64,000 nt of DNA from an uncultured Gemmatimonadales bacterium (GCA_963716255.1 OY970303.1:4704001-4768000); one strand, 5' to 3'; shown: positions 38,810 to 61,366, numbered from the stretch's first letter. Notes: generated by a model from the letters alone, not told the origin. A program made the numbers and translations.

Positions 38810-41800
38810 GGGGCGTCCTCCTCCGCCAGGAGCCTCATCACTTCCTCGTCGGACAGCTCCTCCAGCTGCTCCAGCATCAGGTCCATCCGCATCGCGGCGG
38901 CCGGCGCCGCGGGCCGTCCGGCGTCCAGCAGCCCCGCCAGCTCCGCCACCGTGGGCGCGTCGAACAGGGCCCGGAGCGGGAGCTGGATCCCCAGCTCCCT
39001 GCGGATGCGCGCGACGACGCGGGTGGCGACCAGCGAATGTCCGCCGATGTCGAAGAAGTTGTCGTGCACGCCCACCCGCTCCAGCCCCAGCACGTCCGCC
39101 ATGATCTCCGCCAGCAGCTCCTCGGCGGAGGTGCGCGGGGGGGTGTAGGCCGCGGGGCCGGCCCCGCCTTCCGGGGCGGGGAGGGCGCGGCGGTCGGTCT
39201 TGCCGTTGGGGGTCAGCGGGATCCTTTCCAGCGCCACGAACGCGGAGGGGACCATGTGCTCCGGGAGCCGCTCCCGCAGCCAGGCGCGCAGCTCGCCGTC
39301 GGGCGCTCCGTCGCCGTCGGCGACGACGTACGCCACCAGGAGCGGCCCGCCCGGCGCGTCGTCGCGCACGGCCACCACCGCCTCGCCGACGCCGGGGTGC
39401 GCCCGCAGGGCCGCCTCGACCTCCCCGGGCTCCACCCGGAAGCCGCGCACCTTGAGCTGGAAGTCGGCCCGCCCCAGGTACTCCAGCTCCCCGGCGTGTG
39501 TCCAGCGCACCCGGTCCATCACCCGGTACATCCGCCCGCCCGCCGGGCCGAACGGGTCGGGGACGAAGCGCTCGGCGGTCAGCCCGGGGCGGCCCAGGTA
39601 CCCGCGGGACAGCCCGGCGCCGGACAGGTACATCTCGCCCGGGACGCCCGGTGGGACCGGCCGCAGCTCCCCGTCCAGCACGTACGCCCGGGTGCCGGCG
39701 AGCGGCCTGCCGACCAGGACCGGGTCCGCGCCCGGCTCCACCCGCCAGTGGGTGGAGAAGGTGGTGTCCTCGGTGGGGCCGTACAGGTTGTGGAGGGTCG
39801 TCACCGTCCCCAGGGCGTGGATCGCCCGCGCCAGGTCCGGGGGGATCGCCTCGCCGCACAGGCTGAGCGTCTTCACGCCCGCCGGGATCCCGCCCGTGCG
39901 CAGCAGCTCGGCCGCGGCGGTGGGGACCATGCTGACGTGGACCACGGGCTCGGCGAGCTCCGCCAGTTCCAGCGCGTTCTCCACCATCACCAGCTTCCCC
40001 CCCAGGCCAGCGTCCCGAAGAGCTCGGCCACCGACACGTCGAACGAGACCGAGGTGGAGAACAGCGCCGCGGAGCGCTCCTCGTCCGTCATCGCCTCCCG
40101 CAGCCAGTGCAGCAGCACCACCACGGAGGAGTGCCGGACCATGGTCCCCTTGGGCCGCCCGGTGGAGCCGGAGGTGTAGATGACGTGCGACAGGTTCTCG
40201 GGCCCGGCGCCGCTCTCCGGGGCGGTCTCCGGGCGCTCGGCGACCGCCTCGCTCTCGGCGTCCAGGGCGACGACGCGCACCCCTTCCCGCGGGAGCCGGC
40301 CGGCCAGGTGATTCTCCGCCACCACCACGGCCGCGCCGGAGTCGGCCACCATGTATGCCAGCCGGTCCGCTGGGTAGGCGGGGTCCAGCGGGACGTAGGC
40401 GCCGCCCGCCTTGAGCACGGCCACCAGGGCGACCACCAGCTCCGGGGTGCGCTCCAGGCACACCCCCACCCGCGTCTCCGGGCCCACGCCCAGGGCGCGC
40501 AGGTGGTTGGCCAGCCGGTTGGCGCGCCGGTCCAGCTCCCCGTAGCCGAGCGACAGCCCCCGGAAGGAGACGGCGGGGGCGTCCGGCGTGCGCGCCGCCT
40601 GCGCGGCGAGCAGCGCGTGCACGGTGCCGGTGGGCAGGCCGTGGTCCGTGCCGCTCCACTCCGCCAGCACCCGCTCGCGCTCGGTGTCGGGGATCAGCTC
40701 CACCTCGCCCAGGCGCGCCTCCGGGGCCCGCGCGAAGGCGGCGAGCACGGCCGCGAAGTGGTCCAGCATCCGCTCCATCGCGTCCGGGTCGAAGCGGGCG
40801 CGGGCGTAGGACGCGCTCAGGCCCACGGCGCGCTCCGCCCCCAGCGGCGCCGCGACCAGCGTCAGCGGGTAGTCGGTCTGCTCGATCCCGCCGACGGTCC
40901 GCAGCTCGAAGTCGCGCTGCGGCGTCGCCGCGAGCGCTTCCTCCACCGGGTAGTTTTCCCACACCAGGATGCTCTCGAAGAGCGGCGCCCCCTCCACCTC
41001 GCTCCAGCGCTGCACCTGCGCCAGCGGCGAGTGCTCCCACTCCCGCACCCGCGCCTGGGCGTCCTGCAGCCGCCGGAGCCAGGGGAGCGCCGGGGCGTCC
41101 GCGGGAACGGCGACCCGCACCGGGAGGGTGTTGATGAACAGCCCGACCATCTCCTCAATCCCCTGCACCTCCGGCGGGCGCCCCGACACGGTGGCGCCGA
41201 AGACCACGTCGCGCTCGCCGGAGTAGCGGGACAGCAGGAGCGCCCACGCGCCCTGGAGGAGCGTCCCCAGGGTGAGGCCGGCGCCCCGAGCCAGCTCCGC
41301 GAGCCGCCTGGAAAGCTCCGCCGGGAGCCTCGCGTCCACCCGGCCGAACCCCGTTTCCGGCCCGGACGCCGCCCGGTCGATCCCCAGCGGGGTGGGTCCC
41401 TCGACGCCGGCGAGCTGCTCCCGCCAGAACCCCTCCGCCGCCGCCGAGTCCTGCCGCTGCAGCCAGGCGACGTAGTCGCGGTACGGGCGCCCCGGCGCGA
41501 CCGCCGGCTCGCGCCCGGTCCGGAAGGCGTCGTAGAAGCGGGCCACGTCCCGGAACACCAGCGGGAGGCTCCACCCGTCCAGCAGCGCGTGGTGGTGCGT
41601 CCACACCAGGCGGTGAGTCCGCTCCCCGGTGCGGAAGAGCGCCAGCCGCATCAGCGGCGCACGCGCCAGGTCGAAGCCCGCCGCGCGGTCCTCGTCCAGG
41701 AACGCGGCCAGGCGCGCCTCCCGGTCCGCGGCGTCGAGGGCGCTCCAGTCCTCCACGCGGGTCGGTGGCTCGGCCTCGCGGCGCACCACCTGGAAGGGGC

Positions 41801-44800
41801 GCTCGCCGCCCCAGTGGAAGGCGGTGCGCAGCACGGCGTGCCGCTGCGCGGCCGCGCTCCAGGCGCGCCGGAACGCCGCGGCGTCCAGCTCGCCCTCCAG
41901 GTCGTACATGAACTGCCCGACGTACGCCCCGCCCTCCGGGGCGAACAGGGTGTGGAAGAGCATCCCTTCCTGCATGGGCGTCGCGGGGTACACGTCCTCG
42001 ATCCCCCGCTCCCGCCCCACCAGCTCGTCCAGCTCCGCCTGGGTCATCGGGGCGAGCGGGAAGTCGGACGGGGTGTGGCCGCCCGCCCCCGGCGCGGCGC
42101 AGTGGGCCGCCAGCGCCCGGATGCCGTCGAGCACGTCCGCGGCGACGCGCTCCACGGTCTCCGCCCGGTGCCTCCCGGTGCCGTAGCCGATGCGCAGCTG
42201 CAGCCGTCCGCCCTCCACCACCGCCATCACGTCCAGCAGGTACGCCCGTTCCCCGCGCGGGCTCCGGGACCGGCCGATGCCCTCCTCCGCTGCGCGGAAC
42301 GCCCCCGCGTCCGAGAAGGCGCCGTCGACCTGCCCCAGGTAGTTGAAGGCCACCTGCGCGGCCGGACGCGCGGCGAGCGCCGCGCGGTCGGGGTCGGGGC
42401 CCAGCCAGCGGAGCAGTCCCCAGCCGATCCCGCGGTCCGGGACGGCGCGGAGCGCCTCCTTGACGGTCTTGATCGCCGCCTCCTCGCCGTCGGCGCCGCG
42501 CAGGTCCAGGAAGAGCGGGTGGACGGCGGTGAACCACCCCACGGTGCGGGACAGGTCCACGTCCGCGAACCGCTCCTCGCGCCCGTGGGACTCCACGTCC
42601 ACCAGCACGCGCCCGTCGCCGGTCCAGCGGCCGAGGGCGCGCGCCAGCGCCGCCAGGAGCAGGTCGTCGACCCGGGTGCGGTAGGCCGCGGGCGCCGCCT
42701 GCAGCAGGGTCCGCGTCTCCTCCGGCGTGAGCGCCGCGGCGACGACGGCCTCCGTGTCCTCGCCGTCCGGGCCACCGAAGTCGGTGGGGAGGGGAGGGGC
42801 GCCGGCGCGCGCGGGGTCGGTCCAGAACGCCAGCTCGGCGGCGGCGCCGCCGGTGCGGGCGTGCTCCGCCAGCCGCTCCGCCCACGCCCGGAACGAGGTG
42901 GTCTTGGGGGGGAGCACCACCGGCTCGCCGCGCACCCGCTGGCCGTACGCGGTCTCCAGGTCCTCGACGAGGGTCCGCCAGGAAGCCCCGTCCGTCACCA
43001 GGTGGTGGGCCAGGAGGAGGAGGCGGCCCGGTGCCTCCGGCCCGAAGTCGAAGTGCGTCGCCCGCAGCAGCGGCCCGTCGAAGCGGAGTTCCCCTTGCCG
43101 TTCCGCGGCGAGTCGCTCCAGCGCCGCCGCGCGCTCCGCCTCCGGCACGCCCGACAGGTCCACGCGCTCCACCGGGAGCTCCGGCTCCGGCGCGGCGAAG
43201 CGCTGGGTCCACCGGCCGTCCTCCCCGCGAGTGAAGCGAGCGCGCAGGGCGTCGTGGTGCGTCGCCAGGGCGCGGACGGCGCCCTCCAGGGCGGCGTGGT
43301 CCAGCGGCCCGCGCCCCCGCAGGAGGAGCGGCATGTTGAAGTGCCAGGGCTCCGGGAGGTCCCGCGCAAAGAACGCGTGCTGGATGGGCGTGAGCGGCGC
43401 CTCGCCGGTCACCGGGCCCTGCTCGGCGCTCACGGCCTGGACCGTCGCCGCCAGCTGCGCCAGCTCCGCGATGGTGGGGTGCTCGAAGAAGTGCCGGGGC
43501 TTCAGCTCCACCCCGGCGCGGCGGGCGCGCGACACCGCCTGGATGGAAAGGATGCTGTCTCCCCCCAGCTCGAAGAAGTTGTCGTGTACGCCCACCCGCT
43601 CCACCCGGAGCACCGAGCGCCACGCCGCGGCCAGGGCCTCCTCCACGGGGGTGCGCGGGGCCACGTGCCCGGCCTCCGCTCCCGCGCGCTCCGGGGCCGG
43701 GAGCGCCGCGCGGTCGGTCTTTCCCGTGGGAGTGAGCGGGAACGCTTCCAGCTCCACCAGCGCGGAAGGGACCATGTACTCGGGGAGCGACACCCGGAGG
43801 CGCGCCCTCAGCTCCGCCACGCCCAGGGGCTCCCGGGCCGTGTAGTAGCCCACCAGCCGGTCGTCCCGCAGCACCACCACGGCCTCGGCGACGCCCTCGT
43901 GGCGCAGCAGGGCGGCCTCGACCTCGCCGGGCTCCACGCGGTAGCCGCGCACTTTGACCTGCGTGTCGGTCCGCCCCATGAACTCGAGCGTGCCCTCGGG
44001 CCGCCAGCGCGCGCGGTCCCCGGTGCGGTAGAGCCGCTCCCCGGGCGCGGCGCCGAAGGGGTCCGGGACGAACCGCTCCGCGGTGAGGTCCGGCCGGCCG
44101 TGGTAGCCCCGCGCCACCCCCGGGCCGCCCAGGAGCAGCTCGCCGGGGACGCCGATGGGGAGCGCCCGTCCCGGCTCGTCGCACACGTAGACGCGCGCGT
44201 TGGGGAGCGGGCTTCCCAGCAGGTGGCGCTCGGGGCCGTCCTCGCCCGCGAGGTGGGAGGTGCAGATGACGCTCCCCTCGGTGGGGCCGTAGAGCACGTG
44301 CGTCTCCGCGGCGGGGAAGGCGGCCCGCATCTCCGCCAGCAGGTCCGGCGCGACGGCGTCGCCGCCCACGAAGGCGCGGCGCACCCGCGGGAGCGCGCTC
44401 CCCGACGGGAGCGCCGCCACGATCTGCCGCATCAGCGCGGGGACGGCGTGCAGCAGGGTGGCGTCCGCGACGTCCCGCAGCAGGGCGTCCATGTCGGTGA
44501 CGTGCTCCGCGGGCACCATCCGCACCGCGCCCCCGGAGACCAGCGGGAGGAGCGTCTCGAAGAGCCAGATGTCGAAGGCGGGACTGGCCAGCGACGGCAT
44601 CACGTCGCCCTCGCCGACGCCGAAGCGCTCGCGGGCCCCCAGCAGCGTGTCGAGCAGGCTGCGGTGCTCCACCCGCACGCCCTTGGGCGTGCCCGTGGAC
44701 CCGGAGGTGTAGATGACGTAGGCGAGGGAACAGGGAGCAGGGAACAGGGAACAGCCTTCAAAAGCATCGGCGTCCCGGGGGGAGGGGGCGTCGTCGGTCG

Positions 44801-47800
44801 GGTCGCGGTCCAGCAGGAGCAGCTCCGCCGGGTGGGCGGGGAGGCGGTCCCGCAGCGCCTCCTCCGTGACGACCAGGGGGACGGCGGCGTCCCGGAGGAC
44901 GTGGACCACCCGGTCGGCGGGGTGCGAGGGGTCCAGGGGGACGAAGGCGCCCCCCGCCCTGAGGACGCCCAGGAGCGCCACGAGCAGCCCGGGCCCGCGC
45001 TCCAGGTACACGCCCACGGGGGTCTCGGGGCCCACGCCCCGGCGGCGCAGCGCGCCGGCGAGGCGTCCCGAGCGCTCCTCCAGCTCCCGGTAGCGGACGG
45101 TCTCGCCCCCGGCGAGCACGGCCGGCGCGTCGGGGAGGCGGCGCGCCGTCTCCGAGAACAGCTCGTGCGCCAGGGGGGAGCGCGGGAAGGGGCGCCCGGT
45201 GGCGTTGAACTCCACCAGGACGCGCTCCCGCTCCCCGGGGCTCATCACCTCCAGCTCCGAGATGCGCCGCCCGGGCATCGCCGCGACCGCCTCCAGGAGC
45301 GAAACGTAGCCGGCCAGCAGCCGCTCGGCGGTGGAGGGGTCGAAGAGGTCCAGGTTGTAGCCCACGATCCCCCCGATCGTCCCCTCCTCCGGGTACTCGC
45401 GGAGGAGCACGTCCAGGTCGAACTTCGCCGTCCCGCTGTCGGTGAGCCCCTTCTCGTCGTAGTCCACGGCGCGGAGCCCCACCTGCGGGGCGGCGTCGGC
45501 GAAGTGGGCGATCGGGCGCTCGAAGCCGAACATCACCTGGATCAGCGGGTTGCGGCTGAGGTCGCGCTCCAGCTGGAGCTCTTCCAGGAGCTTTTCCAGC
45601 GGCAGCTCCGCGTGGGCGTAGGCGCCGAGCGCGGCGTCCCGCACTCTCCCCAGCAGCTCCGGCACGGTGGGGTCGCCGTCCAGCCGGGTGCGGATGGGGA
45701 GCGTGTTGATGAAGAAGCCCATCAGCGGCTCGATCTCGGGCCGGGCGCGGTTCGCGTCCACGGTCCCCACCACCAGGTCCTCCTGCCCCGAGTGCCGCAG
45801 CAGGAGGACCTTGTAGGCGGCGATCAGCAGGGTGAAGAGCGTCACGCCCTGCCCTGCGCAGAGCGCTTCCAGCCGGGCCTTCAGCTCGGCGGAGATGAAC
45901 ACCCGGTGGTTCGCCCCGCGGTAGCTTCGCACCGGCGGGCGCACGCGGTCGGTGGGGAGCTCCAGCGCCAGCGGCGCTCCCTCCAGGCGCTCCCTCCAGT
46001 ACTCCACCTGCCCGGCCAGCCGCTCGCCCGAGAGCCAGCGGCGCTGCCACACGGCGAAGTCGGCGTACTGCACCGGCAGCTCGGGGAGGCCCGGCGCCTC
46101 GCCGGCCAGCACCGCGGCGTAGCAGCGGATCCACTCCTCGAAGAAGATCGTCCCCGACCACCCGTCGGTGGCGATGTGATGGGTGCTGGTGAGCAGCACC
46201 CAGTCCTCGTCCGCCAGGCGCAGGAGCCGCGCGCGGATGGAGGGCTCCCGCGCCAGGTCGAAGGGGCGCTCCGCCTCCACGAGGGCGAGGCGCCGGGCCC
46301 CGGCCTCGCGCTCCGCCTCGCCGGCCAGGTGGCGCAGGTCGTCCACCGGGAGGGGGAGGTCCACGTCCGGCAGGATCACCTGCACCGGCTCGGAATCGTC
46401 CCCGGCCCGGTAGACCGTCCGCAGGACCGAGTGCCGCTCGACCACCATCCCCAGCGCGCGCCGCGCGGGCTCCAGCTGCAGCGGGCCGCGGAACCGGTAG
46501 GAGACCGCGACGTTGTAGAAGGGGGTCCCGGGCTCGATCTGGTCCAGGAGCCACATGCGCTGCTGCTGGAAGGAGAGCGGGAGCGGCCGGTCGTGCGGCA
46601 CCCGGACGATCGGGTCCGCTTCCGCCTCGGGCGCGGTGCGGCGCAGCTCCTCGACCGCGGCGGCCAGCCCCGCCACCGTGGGCGAGCCGAACAGCGTGGC
46701 GAGCGAGAGCTCCACCCGGAAGGCGTCGCGCAGCCGCGAGATGATCTGCGTGGCGAAGAGCGAGTGCCCGCCCAGCGAAAAGAAGTCGTCGTGGACCCCC
46801 ACCTGGCCGATCCCCAGCGTGTCCTGCCAGGTTTCCGCCACCCGGCGCTCCGTGTCCGTCGCCGGCGCCGCGTACGGGGTCGCCAGCGCGGGGCGCGAGT
46901 ACAGCAGCGTCACGTCCGCGTCCTGCCCGGGGGACGCGGCGCGGGGCGGCTGCCGCGGCCCCACGCGCAGCTGGGGCCCGGCGTCCGCGGCCAGGACCCG
47001 CGCCAGGACCGGGGCCCACCCCGCCGCCGCGGCCGGGTCCGCACCGGGGTCGTCCAGCTCGTGGGCGAGGTCCCAGCGCACGGCGGTCCAGCGGGTGCGG
47101 TGCTCCGCCCCGTGCCGCCGGGCGAACGCCGCGGCGATCTCGGCGGCGGCGGCCTGGTGCAGCCGCAGCGAGCCCACGGGCGAGGCGGGGAGCGCGCACT
47201 GCAGCAGGCAGAAGTCGGTGCGCTCCTCCCCCAGGACGCGCTCCAGCGCCTCCATCTCCGCCAGCGCCGCGCGGAAGTCGCCGGCCTCCGGCCCCGGGGC
47301 GAGCGTCCGCAGCGGGACCGACTCCCGCGTGCGCCCCACCTCCACGGTGTGCACCACGCCCCGCAGCGCCCCGAAGCGCGCGCGGGCCTCCGCGAGCGCC
47401 TCCGCCACCGGCGCGGGATCCTGCGCGTCCACGCCCCGCGCCAGCACGCGGATCCCGCGCGCCTCCATCTCCCGGACCGCGCGGATGGTCCGGCTCATGG
47501 GGTCGTGGCGGTCGTGCGTGGCGAGCCAGCGGTCCCATCCCTCCCGCTCCCCGGGGAAGGTTTCCCCCTCCAGCAGGAGGAGCCCCGCTCCCCGCTCCGC
47601 CAGCTGCCCGGCGGCCGCCAGCGCGCGCGGTCCCAGCCGCCCACCCACGAGGTAGAAGCCGTCCGCGCGCACCGGGGCGTCCCGGACCGGCTCCTCCCGC
47701 CGCGTCCACCGCCGGGTCCAGCGCCGCCATCCCCGGAGCGCGGCTTCCGGCTCGGTGCCTCCCCGCAGCTCGACGCCGAGCGCCTCCGCCAGCTCCGCCT

Positions 47801-50800
47801 CGTCCCCGGCGAGGACCACGTCCACCACGCGGCAGGCGAGCCCCGGGTACTCGCGTGGGATCGCTTCCAGCGCGCCCAGCAGCATCGCGCGGGCCGGCTC
47901 CACGGCGTCCACGCCGGTCGCGTCGAGCACCCGGTCGGACACCAGCTGGATCCGCCCGCCCTCCACCGCGCGCGCCAGGTGCAGCAGGCTCGCGTATCCC
48001 CGCCGGTGGATCCGCTCCAGGTCGTCGCCCCCGCTCCCGGAAAGGCTCCACAGGTGCACCCATTCCCCGGGCGCCGTTCCCTCCCGCCGCAGGGCTTCGT
48101 GGAGCGCACGGTAGTCCTCCCCGCGCTCCGGCCGGAGCCGCCAGGCCTCCGGCCCGGCCCGCTCGAACGCCGCGCCGGGCTCCACCACCACCACCCGGTG
48201 CCCCTCCGCCCGCAGCGCCTCCGCCACACGGGCGCCGATCCCCCGCTCGTCCACCAGCAGCGCCCAGGTGCGCGGCTCCCCTCCCGGCCCGGGGAGGGGC
48301 CCCTGCCGCCAGGCCGGCGCCAGGAGCACGGGTCCGCCCTCCGCCCGCCGCGGCCCGGCGCGCCGCTTCCCGCCTCCGCGCGGCGGGGCGTCCACCCAGA
48401 AGCGCTGGCGCTCCCAGGGATAGGTGGGGAGCGGGACCCGGCGGCGCCGCTCCCCGGCCGCGAAGGCCCGCCAGTCCGGGCGCGCCCCCGCGAGCCAGCT
48501 CCGGCCCAGCGTTTCCAGGAGGAAGGCCTGGTCCGGCTGGCGCGTGTAGGCGTGCCGCAGCGATGCGAGCACCGAGGGCTCCGCCGCGCCCGCGGCGAGC
48601 GCGAAGGTCCCGAGCGTGCGCCCGGGCCCCACCTCCAGCAGCAGACGGCCGGGGTCGGCCAGCAGCTCCGCCAGGCACTCCGCGAAGCGCACCGTCCGGC
48701 ACAGGTGCCGCGTCCAGTACGCGGGGTCGGTCGCCTCCGCCGCCGTGATCCACGTCCCCGTCACGTTGGACAGGAAGGGCAGGGTGGGGGCGCGCAGCGC
48801 CACCCGGCGCACCCGCGCGGCCAGGCGCTCCGCCACCGGCTCCATGAGCGGCGAGTGGAAGGGGTGGCTCGCGGCCAGCCGGCGGCAGGCCACGCCCCGC
48901 TCCAGCAGCTCCGCTTCCAGCGCGGCGACGGCCTCCGGCGGCCCGGACAGGGTGCACAGCCCCGGCGCGTTGTGCGACGCCAGCGCGATCCCGCCGCGCA
49001 GCAGCGATGCCACTCCCGCCGGGTCCATGGGCACCGCCAGCATCGCCCCTTCCGGGAGCTCCGCCACCAGCCGCGCCCGCTCGGCCACGAGCGCCAGCGC
49101 GTCCGGCAGCTCGAAGACGCCCGCCAGCGTGGCCGCCACGTACTCGCCCAGCGAGTGCCCGAGCATCGCGGCCGGCGCGATCCCCCAGGCCATCCACAGC
49201 CGGGCCAGCGCGTACTCCACCACGAACACCGCCGGGTGCGCCAGCTCCGTGCGCGCCAGCTCCCCGTCGGCGGCGGCGCCGTCGCCGCGCCCCAGCATGC
49301 GGCGCAGGTCGGTGCCGGCGCCCGCGGCGCCCGCGCCCGGGCGCTGCTCGGCCGGGGCGTCGCCCGGGAAGAGCACCTCGCGTATGTCGCGGCCCAGCGG
49401 CTCGCGCAGGATCTCCGCGCAGCGGTCCACCTCTTCGCGGAAGACGGGCTCTGCCTCGTACAGGCCGCGCGCCATCTGCCCGTAGTGGTCGCCCAGCCCC
49501 GGGAACAGGAAGACGACCTCGCGGCCGTCCCACTCCGCCGCCGCGCCGCGGATCCGCGCCGGGTCCCTCGCCTCCAGCGCGGCGGCGGCCTCCTCGCGGC
49601 CGCCGCACACCAGCACACGGCGGTGGGTGAAGCGGCGGCGGCCCACGCGCAGCGTGTGGGCCACGTCGGCCAGCGGCTGCTCCGGGTTCTCGCGGAGGTG
49701 CAGCACCAGCCGGTCGGTGGCTTCCTCCAGCGCCGCGGGGGTGCGCGCGGAAAGGACGAGGAGCTGCAGCGGGCGCGACGGCCCCGAAGGCTCCGCCTCG
49801 GGTGCCTCCTCCAGCACGACGTGGGCGTTGGTGCCCCCCATCCCGAACGAGCTGACCCCCGCCCGGCGGGGGGCGCCGCCGCGGGGCCAGGGGCGAAGCT
49901 CGGCGTTGACGAAGAACGGCGAGCGCTCGAAGTCGATGCGGGGGCTGGGACGCTCGAAGTAGAGGCTGGGCGGGATCTCCCCGTGCTCCAGCGAAAGGAC
50001 CGTCTTGATGAGCCCCGCGATCCCGGCGGCGGAGTCCAGGTGCCCCACGTTGCTCTTCACCGACCCCAGCGCGCAGAAGCCGGTCCGGTCGGTCCGCTCG
50101 CGGAACGCCTGGGTAAGCGCCTCCACCTCGATGGGGTCGCCCAGCTCGGTGGCGGAGCCGTGCCCCTCCACGTACGAGATGCTGTCCGGCTCCACCCCCG
50201 CCATCGCGAGCGCCTCGCCGATCGCGCGGGCCTGGCCGTCCCGCCGGGGAGCGGTGAAGCCGATCTTCCCGGAGCCGTCGTTGTTCACCGCGGTCCCCAG
50301 GACCATGGCGTGGATGGTGTCGCCGTCCTCCAGGGCGTCCGCCAGCCGCTTGAGCAGCACGATCCCCACCCCGCTCCCCCGGACGGCGCCGCGCGCGTCC
50401 GCGTCGAACGAGCGGCACTGCCCCGTGGGGGAGGCGATCCCCCCCTTCTCGTAGAGGTATCCCTTGACCTGGGGGACCTCGATGGAGACCCCGCCGGCGA
50501 GCGCCATGTCGGACTCGCCGGAGAGCACGCTCTGGTATGCCAGGTGGATCGCCACCAGCGACGAAGAGCACGCCGTCTGCACGTTCAGGCTGGGACCCTC
50601 CAGGCCCAGCAGGAACGAGGTCCGCGTGGGTACGCTCCCCGGGGCGTTCCCCAGGTGGATGGGCAGCTCCGCCCCGCGCAGCTTTGGGTGCCGGGCCACC
50701 AGCTTCCAGTAGCCGTTCAGCTCCGCGCCCGAGAAGACGCCCACCCGGCCGCCGTACGCCGCGGGATCGTAGCCCGCCTGCTCCAGCGCCTCCCAGGCGC

Positions 50801-51101
50801 ACTCCAGGAACAGGCGCTGCGTGGGGTTCAGGTAGACGGCGTCGCGCGGCGAAAGGCCGAAGAAGGCGGCGTCGAACAGCTCCACGTCGCGGAGTAGCCC
50901 GTTCGCGCGGACGTAGTCGGGGTTCCGCACGAGGTCGGGGCGGACGCCCGCGGCGAGCAGCTCCTCCTCCGAGAAGCGCGTGATGCTGTCCACGCCCCCG
51001 CGGAGGTTCCGCCAGAATTCCTCCACCGTCCGGGCGCCCGGAAAGCGGCCCGACATCCCCACGATCGCGACTTCCTGCCCCGTGAACGAATCCCTCATCA
51101 C
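38806..51101 (-). CDS. Hybrid PKS-NRPS (KS-AT-KR*-ACP-C-A-T-E-C-A-T), with an apparent 1-nt frameshift at the G7 run 39997-40003
   Basis: KS motifs QTACSSS, EGHGSAT, KSNVGH; AT GHSLGE/HPFH; degenerate KR; ACP GGHSL; T GGDSI before an E domain (HHLVTDG, ESHGRE, RTVGWFT, FNYLGQ); second C HHALLDGWS. The last A domain continues in another frame (GGKLVMVENAL...). Start is GTG 51101 or ATG 51098. Confidence 0.93.
44725..44752 (+). repeat. Heptamer tandem repeat (AGGGAAC)x4 inside an A-domain linker
   Basis: AGGGAAC AGGGAGC AGGGAAC AGGGAAC; encodes (C)SLFPAPCSL just before the AYVIYTSGSTG motif. Confidence 0.75.
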
Positions 51102-51155
51102 CCCTGTTCTCGCTGAAGGGAAGACATCGAAGCTGCCATTTCTCGAACGCGTCGA

Positions 51156-60776
<9,621 letters not shown>

Positions 60777-61209
60777 CTAGGATGTTCCTGGTCGGTCCTG
60801 GTGCGCCCCGCGGACTGCAGGGAGGCGCAGCCCTTCCCCCAGTCATCCGGTTCATGTCCCTTTGTGCGCCCGGCAGCGGCAACCACATGCCTCGGGGTCC
60901 AAATGGATCCCTGTATTTCGCGCAAAGCTTGGCGCAAAGTAAATTAGTCCTGAACACCGCTTTTTAAAACCCCTATGTCCGGAACCGTGAGCCGGTCCGG
61001 GGCCAGCGGGGGAGCCAGGCGTCCGGAGTGGTGCCGAGTCCCGTTCTCTCAGACCCGATCAACGAGCGAACCCGGCCATTCGGGAACGGGCGTCACGTCC
61101 GGTTCCTTCGCACCGATGGCGATTGCGATTTCCAGAAGTACGACAGGGCGCCCGGAGTGGTCCGGGCGCCCTGTCTGCAATCTATTGTACTACTGGAATT
61201 TATGTCCCT

Positions 61210-61366
61210 GCGACAGAACTCGATGTCGCGAGCGACAGAATAGATGTCGCGATTGCGACAGAATACATGTCGCCCATCAAAAAGCTGTTGGACGACATCC
61301 TTTCTGTCGCTTGCGCGACATGCAAAATGTCGCAGTTTTGCAATCTCGCGACACGCAACTTGTCGC
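61210..61366. promoter_or_regulatory. Array of six palindromic GCGACA-N7-TGTCGC sites (candidate operator array)
   Basis: Units at 61210-61229 (N8), 61232-61250, 61255-61273, 61292-61310 (ACGACA), 61315-61333 and 61348-61366, in AT-richer non-coding DNA about 430-590 bp upstream of NRPS 1. The repeats are directly visible; the function is inferred. Confidence 0.7.

Noticed and set aside
60915..60970. GCGCAAAG direct repeat (60920-60927, 60932-60939) and an AT-rich patch as a sigma54 or sigma70 promoter
   Set aside because: No proper GG-N10-GC or -35/-10 match could be fixed; plausible promoter region but not supportable as a specific site.
61210..61366. CRISPR array interpretation of the palindrome cluster
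   Set aside because: Units are only 19-20 bp with variable centres, gaps are 2-18 bp rather than uniform ~30-40 bp spacers, and no cas genes are present.
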